In this document: piece after piece, positions 58,006 to 64,000 of the stretch
Position numbering within the stretch: the stretch's first letter is position 1
How the letters are laid out: each line of letters opens with the position of its first letter
Source: an uncultured bacterium
GTDB taxonomy: Bacteria > Verrucomicrobiota > Kiritimatiellia > RFP12 > UBA1067
Length of the DNA: 64,000 nucleotides
Reading direction: 5' to 3'
Assembly: GCA_902800055.1 (NCBI GenBank)
Contig: CADCCW010000016.1
Span: 27,816-91,815 of the forward strand
The notes under the pieces: model-generated
What the model saw: the letters and a program-made list of their open reading frames with translations, nothing else
Databases searched by the model: none
What the model was told of the DNA's origin: nothing
Program-made: the position numbers and the translations under genes

Positions 58006-59838
58006 ATGAGGCAGAATGGATTGCAGGGCAGTCGCGCAGCCGCCGCGTTTGCGGCGCTGTTCGCCGCGGCTGCCGCCGCCACCGCCTGCGCGGACGTCAA
58101 CTACCGCGAGCGTCCGGCGGCTCCGGGCTGGACGGTGGACGGCTGGGGGGCGCGCGTTCCGTTCGACCGCGCGGAGGCGGACAGAATCGCCGCGGGCGAG
58201 GTTACGGTCATAGGCATCCCGTGGTCGTTCCCGTCGGGTGTCGTCAACTGGCTCTTCAACCCCACTGCGGAGCGCGGGCCGTTCAACCCGGAATGGACCT
58301 GGCAGCTCAACCGAATGTCGTTCTGGAAGACCCTTGCGCGCGCCTATGTCGAGACGGGCGAAGAGAAATACGCCCAGGCGTTCGCGCGGCAGTTTGCCGA
58401 CTGGCTCGAGCAGACGGGCGGGGTTCCGCCCGAGTCCGGCTACAATAACCGCGGCTCGCCCTGGCGCACCATTGAAGAGGGGCTGCGCCTGCTGGATTCG
58501 TGGAACGTGGCGTTCGAGGTCTTCCGCAAGTCGCCTTCGTTTCCCGACGACCTGATCCGCGCGTTCGTCCGGTCCTCCATGGCGCAGGCGAAGCACCTGC
58601 TGGCGCATTCGACGGGGCACAACTGGCTGCTGATGGAGATGACCGGCGTCTACGTCTTCGCCGTCACCTTCCCCGAGTTCCCCGATTCCGAGGCGATGCG
58701 CAGGGAGGCGCTTGCCCGGTTCACGGCGGCGGCGCGCTCGCAGCTGCTGCCGGACGGCCTCCACGACGAGCTTTCGGCCGACTACCACGGCGTATTCTAC
58801 CTGACGATGGCGCGCATCTTCCGCCTCGCGCGCGCGGCGGGGCTCGAGTGCGAGCTGCCCGACGACTTCCAGGACCTTCTCCGACGCGGGGCGGAGGGCG
58901 TGCTGGCGATGACTACGCCAGGATTCGTCCAGCCGCGCTTCAACGACAGCTTCACGGTTCCCGCGGCCGGCGTGATGGGCATCGCGGCCGAGTTTTTCCC
59001 CGATCGAGGCGATTTCCTGTGGGCGGCGACCGGTGGGCGCGAAGGCGCGCCTCCGGCCGGCGGGACCGCCTCGCGCTTCCTGCCCTACGCCGGCATCGCG
59101 GTTATGCGCGGCGACTGGTCGCCCGACTCGTCGTATCTCGCGTTCGACGTCGGCCCGCTCGGGAACTGCCATGAACACCAGGACAAGCTGTCGTTTACCT
59201 TCTGGAAGGGCGGAGAGGAGCTGATCTTCGACGACGGCGGCGGACAGTACGACGACTCGGAGTTCAGGCGGTACGCCATTTCCGGGTATGACCACAACAC
59301 GCTGCTTGTCGACGGGCTTGCCCAGGACCGCAGCGCACCGCGTCGGAGCGACCGCCCCATCGACGCCGGCTGGACTACTTCTCCCGCGGGGGACTTTGCC
59401 TTCGGCGTGTACGACCAGGGCTTCGGCCCCAAGCGGGCGAAGCTGGCCGTCCATCGCCGCGAAATCCGCTTCGACCGTCGCGCCGACGCCTTTACGGTGA
59501 CGGACGAGGCCACGAGCGCGGACGGGGCGGAGCACGAGTACACCCTCCTGTTCCAGCTCGACACGACCAATGTGGTTGTCTCCGCCGACGGAAGATGCCT
59601 GCGCGCGAGCTACGGCCCCGGACGCAAATGGTCGCTGGAGATGACGTTTGACGGAGCTTCTGGCGTATCTACGGCATCGGGGCGCACCGCCCCGTCCCCG
59701 GCCGGCTGGTTCGTCGGCCGCGACGACACCAACGTCCACCCGGCGACGACGGTCTTCGTCACCGCCCCCCGCGCGCTTAGCCGCCGCTTCGTCACCCGGC
59801 TCAGGGCCGTCCGCGGACCAGAGATTCCAAATCCCTGA
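58006..59838 (+). CDS. Heparinase II/III-like polysaccharide lyase
   Basis: WQLNR, WRTIE, HNW, ELSADYH, HEHQDKLS, HNTLLVDG. Confidence 0.85.
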   Translation: MRQNGLQGSRAAAAFAALFAAAAAATACADVNYRERPAAPGWTVDGWGARVPFDRAEADRIAAGEVTVIGIPWSFPSGVVNWLFNPTAERGPFNPEWTWQLNRMSFWKTLARAYVETGEEKYAQAFARQFADWLEQTGGVPPESGYNNRGSPWRTIEEGLRLLDSWNVAFEVFRKSPSFPDDLIRAFVRSSMAQAKHLLAHSTGHNWLLMEMTGVYVFAVTFPEFPDSEAMRREALARFTAAARSQLLPDGLHDELSADYHGVFYLTMARIFRLARAAGLECELPDDFQDLLRRGAEGVLAMTTPGFVQPRFNDSFTVPAAGVMGIAAEFFPDRGDFLWAATGGREGAPPAGGTASRFLPYAGIAVMRGDWSPDSSYLAFDVGPLGNCHEHQDKLSFTFWKGGEELIFDDGGGQYDDSEFRRYAISGYDHNTLLVDGLAQDRSAPRRSDRPIDAGWTTSPAGDFAFGVYDQGFGPKRAKLAVHRREIRFDRRADAFTVTDEATSADGAEHEYTLLFQLDTTNVVVSADGRCLRASYGPGRKWSLEMTFDGASGVSTASGRTAPSPAGWFVGRDDTNVHPATTVFVTAPRALSRRFVTRLRAVRGPEIPNP

Positions 59839-59997
59839 TTTGTCGCGATAGCTGTGTACGCCGCGTTTCGCCCCCTGAACCGCGAATATGCTATAATACG
59901 CAATATAGCAATTCACCAAACGAAGAAGATGCCAAAGAAGAACCCAAAGAAGACGTCCCAGCCGCCAAGCCTGCCGACGTGACGAGGAACCTGACAG

Positions 59998-61062
59998 ATG
60001 ATCGGAGCGGATAGATTCGTGGAAGCGCTGAAGGCCGCGGGGGTCGACTTCTTCACCGGCGTCCCGGACTCGCTGCTGAAGTCGTTCTGCGCGTATGTCA
60101 CCGACACCTGCGGCGGCAGCCACGTAATCGCCGCGAACGAAGGCGGCGCGGTCGGGCTGGCCGCCGGGCACTATCTGGCCACGGGGAACCCCGCGCTCGT
60201 CTACATGCAGAACTCTGGGCAGGGCAACGCGGTGAATCCGCTCTGCAGCCTCGCCGACCCGGACGTCTATTCCATCCCGATGGTGCTGCTCGTCGGATGG
60301 CGCGGCGAGCCGGGCGTGAAGGACGAGCCCCAGCACGTCAAGCAGGGCAAGGTGACGATTCCCCTCTTCGAGACGCTCGGCATCCCGACCGAGATCCTTC
60401 CGGACGACGACGAATCCGCGGCGGATGCGGTGCGGAGGATGGCCGGCCTGGCCAGGGCCGAGTCGCGCCCGGTCGCGCTCGTCGTCCGCAAGGGGCTCTT
60501 CGCCGAATACAGGCTCCGGGACAGGAGGCCGGACATCGCGGCGCTTCCGCGCGAGCAGGCGATCGAGGACATATTGAAGTCGCTGCCGGAAGGCGCGGTC
60601 GTCGTCTCGACCACCGGCATGATCTCCCGCGAGGTGTACGAGACGCGCGAGCGGCTCGGGCAGGACCACTCGCGCGACTTCCTGACCGTCGGCTCGATGG
60701 GGCACGCGGTCATGATCGCGCTCGGGATCGCCAGGGCGCAGCCGAACCGCCGCGTCTTCTGCCTCGACGGCGACGGCGCGAGCATAATGCAGATGGGCAA
60801 CATGGCGATCGCCGGACAGTCCGGGTGCGGGAACCTGACGCACATCGTCCTCAACAACGCGGCGCACGATTCCGTCGGCGGACAGCCGACCGTCGGCGGC
60901 GCGATTGGCCTTTCCGCGATCGCGGAATCCTGCGGCTACAACCGCCCGGGCTCGCCGGTGTTCAGGGAAATCAGGGTCGCCAAGGGCGCGCGCGGCGACC
61001 TGGGCCGTCCGAAGGAACCGCCGCAGGCGAACAAGAAGCTGTTCATGGGGACGCTGGCGTAG
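59998..61062 (+). CDS. aepY: Phosphonopyruvate decarboxylase
   Basis: GVPDSLL, ANEG, QNSGQGN, WRGEPG..DEPQH, GSMGH, DGDG, HDSVGGQ. Confidence 0.93.
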   Translation: MIGADRFVEALKAAGVDFFTGVPDSLLKSFCAYVTDTCGGSHVIAANEGGAVGLAAGHYLATGNPALVYMQNSGQGNAVNPLCSLADPDVYSIPMVLLVGWRGEPGVKDEPQHVKQGKVTIPLFETLGIPTEILPDDDESAADAVRRMAGLARAESRPVALVVRKGLFAEYRLRDRRPDIAALPREQAIEDILKSLPEGAVVVSTTGMISREVYETRERLGQDHSRDFLTVGSMGHAVMIALGIARAQPNRRVFCLDGDGASIMQMGNMAIAGQSGCGNLTHIVLNNAAHDSVGGQPTVGGAIGLSAIAESCGYNRPGSPVFREIRVAKGARGDLGRPKEPPQANKKLFMGTLA

Positions 61063-61767
61063 ATGGGGGAAGTGGCAATATTGATGGCGGCGGGGCTTGG
61101 CAGCCGCATGAAGCCGCTGACCGACACGGTGGCCAAGCCGCTGGTCAGGGTGAACGGCGTGCCGCTGATCGAAACCGTGATCGCGGCGCTGGAGAAGCGC
61201 GGCGTTTCCGACATCTACGTCGTCACGGGCTACAGGGCGGAGCAGTTCGACGCGCTGGCAGCAGCCCATGGAAACGTCAGCCTGGTGCACAACGCGGAGT
61301 ACGCGACGAAGAACAACCTCAATTCCATTGCCGTGGCGGCCGACAGGATGGGCGAGTCCGACTGCTTCGTCTGCGAGGCCGACCTGTTCGTCCCCTCGCC
61401 CGACGTCCTGTGCCGGAACCTCGTCCAGTCGGGCTATTTCGGCAAGATGGTCGCCGGCCATTCGGACGACTGGGTGTTCGACACGGACGCCAAGGGCAGG
61501 ATTACGCGAATCGGGAAGGGCGGCGACGACTGCTTCAACATGGTCGGCATCAGCTACTTCAGGCAGCCTGACGCCGCCAGGATCGCCGCGGCGGTTCGAG
61601 AGGCCGCCAAGGATCCCGGGAACGCGCAGCTGTTCTGGGACGAGGTCGTCGACCGCCTGGTGAAGGACGGCGAACTGGATCTGGCTGTGCACGAGGTCGC
61701 GCCCGGCGAGATCGTCGAGTGCGACACGGTGGAGGACCTGAGAAAACTGGAGCTGGAGCTGAAATGA
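61063..61767 (+). CDS. LicC/PntC-like nucleotidyltransferase (probable phosphonate cytidylyltransferase)
   Basis: LMAAGLGSRM, KPL, ECDTVEDL; inside the phosphonate cluster. Confidence 0.82.
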   Translation: MGEVAILMAAGLGSRMKPLTDTVAKPLVRVNGVPLIETVIAALEKRGVSDIYVVTGYRAEQFDALAAAHGNVSLVHNAEYATKNNLNSIAVAADRMGESDCFVCEADLFVPSPDVLCRNLVQSGYFGKMVAGHSDDWVFDTDAKGRITRIGKGGDDCFNMVGISYFRQPDAARIAAAVREAAKDPGNAQLFWDEVVDRLVKDGELDLAVHEVAPGEIVECDTVEDLRKLELELK

Positions 61768-62885
61768 ACATCAAACGCAACATTCTGCTGAATCCGGGGC
61801 CGGCCACGACCTCGGACACCGTGAAACTGGCCCAGGTCGTCCCCGACATCTGCCCGCGCGAAAGGGATTTCGCAGTCCTCATGCAAGGACTCCGCCGCGA
61901 CCTGGTGCGGATCGTCCACGGCGACGAACGCTACACGAGCGTCCTTTTCTGCGGTTCCGGCACCATGAACATGGATGTCTGCCTGAACTCGCTGCTGCCG
62001 GCGGGGAAGAAGGTCCTGGTCGCCAACAACGGCGCGTACTCCGCGCGCGCGGTCGAGATCTGCGAGGCGTACGGCCTTCCCCACGTCAATCTCAGGCTGC
62101 CGGTGGAGCGCCCGGTCGACGTGGACGCGGTGGAGAGGGCGCTGGCGGACGATCCCGACGTCGCGCTCGTCTACACCACCCACCACGAAACCGGTTCCGG
62201 CGTGCTGAATCCGATCCGCGAGATCGGGGCCGCGGCGCACCGCCGCGGATGCACGTTCGTCGTCGACACCACCTCGACGTACGCGATGCGCCCGATCAAC
62301 ATCGTGGAGGACAACGTCGATTTCCTGATGGCAAGCGCGCAGAAGGGCCTTCAGTCGATGACGGGGCTCTCGTTCGTCGTCGGGCGCGAGGACAAGATCC
62401 GCGAATCCGCCGCGTTCCCGCGGCGTTCCTACTACTGCAACCTCTTCCTGCAGTACGACTATTTCGAGAAGACCGGCGAGATGCATTTCACGCCGCCTGT
62501 CCAGACGGTCTACGCGACGCTCCAGGCGCTCAGGGAGTACTGGGCCGAGGGCGAAGAGGCCAAGTGGGCGCGCCATACGCGCGTGTTCGAGGCGATCCAC
62601 AGGGGGCTTGCCGAGCTCGGCTTCAGGGACCTCGTCAGGCGCGAGTACCAGAGCGGGCTGGTCGTGTCCGTGTGCTATCCGGACGATCCCAACTGGTCGT
62701 TCGAGAAGGTCCACGACTACTGCTACGAACGCGGCTTCACCATCTATCCCGGCAAGGTCGGTTCCGCCAGGACGTTCCGCCTCTGCGCGCTCGGGCAGAT
62801 CGACGAGCCCGACATCGCGGCGTTCTTCAAGGTGCTGAAGGCCGCTCTTCAGGAATACAAGATCGAGGTGAGGTACAATGGATAG
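61764..62885 (+). CDS. aepZ: 2-aminoethylphosphonate aminotransferase (AepZ/PhnW family)
   Basis: LLNPGP, GSGT, NGAY, HHET, SAQK, FTPP, IYPGK. Confidence 0.88.
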   Translation: MNIKRNILLNPGPATTSDTVKLAQVVPDICPRERDFAVLMQGLRRDLVRIVHGDERYTSVLFCGSGTMNMDVCLNSLLPAGKKVLVANNGAYSARAVEICEAYGLPHVNLRLPVERPVDVDAVERALADDPDVALVYTTHHETGSGVLNPIREIGAAAHRRGCTFVVDTTSTYAMRPINIVEDNVDFLMASAQKGLQSMTGLSFVVGREDKIRESAAFPRRSYYCNLFLQYDYFEKTGEMHFTPPVQTVYATLQALREYWAEGEEAKWARHTRVFEAIHRGLAELGFRDLVRREYQSGLVVSVCYPDDPNWSFEKVHDYCYERGFTIYPGKVGSARTFRLCALGQIDEPDIAAFFKVLKAALQEYKIEVRYNG

Positions 62886-64000
62886 GAAAGTCTACACCTG
62901 TTTCTGCACGGCCGTAATCCACAAGGGGCACCTTAACATCATCAGCGAGGCGCGGAAGCTCGGCGAGGTGACGGTCGGCGTCCTCTCCGACGAGGCGATG
63001 ATCCGCTACAACCGCTTCCCGACCTGCACGTTCGAGGAGCGCGTCGCGGCCGCCAGGAGCATCGAGGGGGTGGCCAACGTCGTCGTCCAGAAGGACATGA
63101 TGTACGACGAGGTGATCGCCGAGCTGCGGCCGGACTACGTGATCCACGGCGACAACTGGTGCAACCCCGAGGCGCCGGAGTTCTTCATCCGCCAGAACGT
63201 CGAGTCGTGCCTCGCGAAGTACGGCGGCAGGATCGTCGACGTGCCCTACACGTTCGATCCGGAGGTGAAGCGCATCGACGACCTCGACCGCGAGCGGCTC
63301 GCCATGCCGGAGTTCCGCCGCCGGCGGCTCAGGCAGCTCATCCGGCTCTGCCCGATCGTCAAGACGATCGAGGCGCATTCGGGGCTGACCGGGCTCATCG
63401 TGGAGAAGACGGTCGTGCGCCAGGCGGACGGGCGCCTCGACCAGTTCGACGCGATGTGGGTGTCGTCGCTCTGCGATTCCACCGCCAAGGGCAAGCCGGA
63501 CATCGAGATCGTCGACATGTCCTCGCGGCTGCGCACCATCGACGACATCATGGAGGTTACCACCAAGCCCATCATCCTCGACGGCGACACGGGCGGCCTC
63601 GCCGAGCATTTCGTCTACAACGTCCGGACGCTGGAGCGCATCGGCGTGTCGGCCGTGATCATCGAGGACAAGTGCGGGCTCAAGAAGAACTCGCTCTTCG
63701 GCACCGAGGTCAGTCAGACCCAGGACTCCATCGAGAACTTCTGCGCCAAGATCGCCGCGGGCAAGGACGCGCTCCGCACCAAGGAGTTCATGGTCATCGC
63801 CCGCTGCGAGTCGCTGATCCTCGAGCGGGGGATGGACGACGCGCTCGACCGCTGCCGCGCCTATGTCGCCGCCGGGGCCGACGGCATCATGATCCATTCC
63901 CGCAAGAAGGACCCGGCCGAGATTCTCGAGTTCTGCGACAGGTTCCGCGCCGCGGACGCCGCCACGCCGATCGTGGTCGTCCCGACCTCGTTCAACACGG
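62878..64000 (+). CDS. aepX: Phosphoenolpyruvate mutase with N-terminal cytidylyltransferase domain (3' end outside window)
   Basis: HKGH and HGDNW, then EAHSG, GKPD, DGDTG and the PepM signature EDKCGLKKNS. Confidence 0.95.
   Translation, partial: MDRKVYTCFCTAVIHKGHLNIISEARKLGEVTVGVLSDEAMIRYNRFPTCTFEERVAAARSIEGVANVVVQKDMMYDEVIAELRPDYVIHGDNWCNPEAPEFFIRQNVESCLAKYGGRIVDVPYTFDPEVKRIDDLDRERLAMPEFRRRRLRQLIRLCPIVKTIEAHSGLTGLIVEKTVVRQADGRLDQFDAMWVSSLCDSTAKGKPDIEIVDMSSRLRTIDDIMEVTTKPIILDGDTGGLAEHFVYNVRTLERIGVSAVIIEDKCGLKKNSLFGTEVSQTQDSIENFCAKIAAGKDALRTKEFMVIARCESLILERGMDDALDRCRAYVAAGADGIMIHSRKKDPAEILEFCDRFRAADAATPIVVVPTSFNT

Noticed and set aside
56260-61692. 1810-aa minus-strand ORF and similar long antisense ORFs (39280-42735, 27147-29582)
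   Set aside because: Shadow ORFs antisense to well-supported plus-strand genes; expected from GC-rich codon usage and lacking motifs

Overview
GC-rich bacterial chromosome segment. Gene content and the secreted-protein families suggest a PVC-superphylum anaerobe such as a Kiritimatiellota member (inference). Left to right: (1) an fba-purM-flavodiiron-MFS operon running into a sigma-less partner-switching module (MATE fused to a degenerate GHKL domain, solute-binding lipoprotein, membrane PP2C/GHKL, STAS, NCS2 permease); (2) an accessory block (10.9-18.1 kb) with three secreted proteins starting MNGV(K/R)KLA, each behind a leaderless upstream ORF with a 10-nt G tract; two of them end in an identical 99-bp cassette that is out of frame; (3) an S10-spc ribosomal operon with an L6-L18 fusion, an N-terminally extended L22, and no L29, L30 or secY; (4) bamA-skp-lpxD, a response regulator, GH92, putP, a 2-oxoacid:ferredoxin oxidoreductase operon, a C2H2-like hypothetical protein, pheT, an aminotransferase, ispE and an Orn/Lys/Arg decarboxylase; (5) a second accessory block with a BspA-like LRR protein, flanked by the same two short repeats as the first LRR locus; (6) hydrolases, thiE, a GT2 glycosyltransferase, tadA, gmk, a heparinase-like protein and a 2-aminoethylphosphonate biosynthesis cluster that runs off the right edge. 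I saw no rRNA, tRNA, CRISPR array, integrase or reverse transcriptase.
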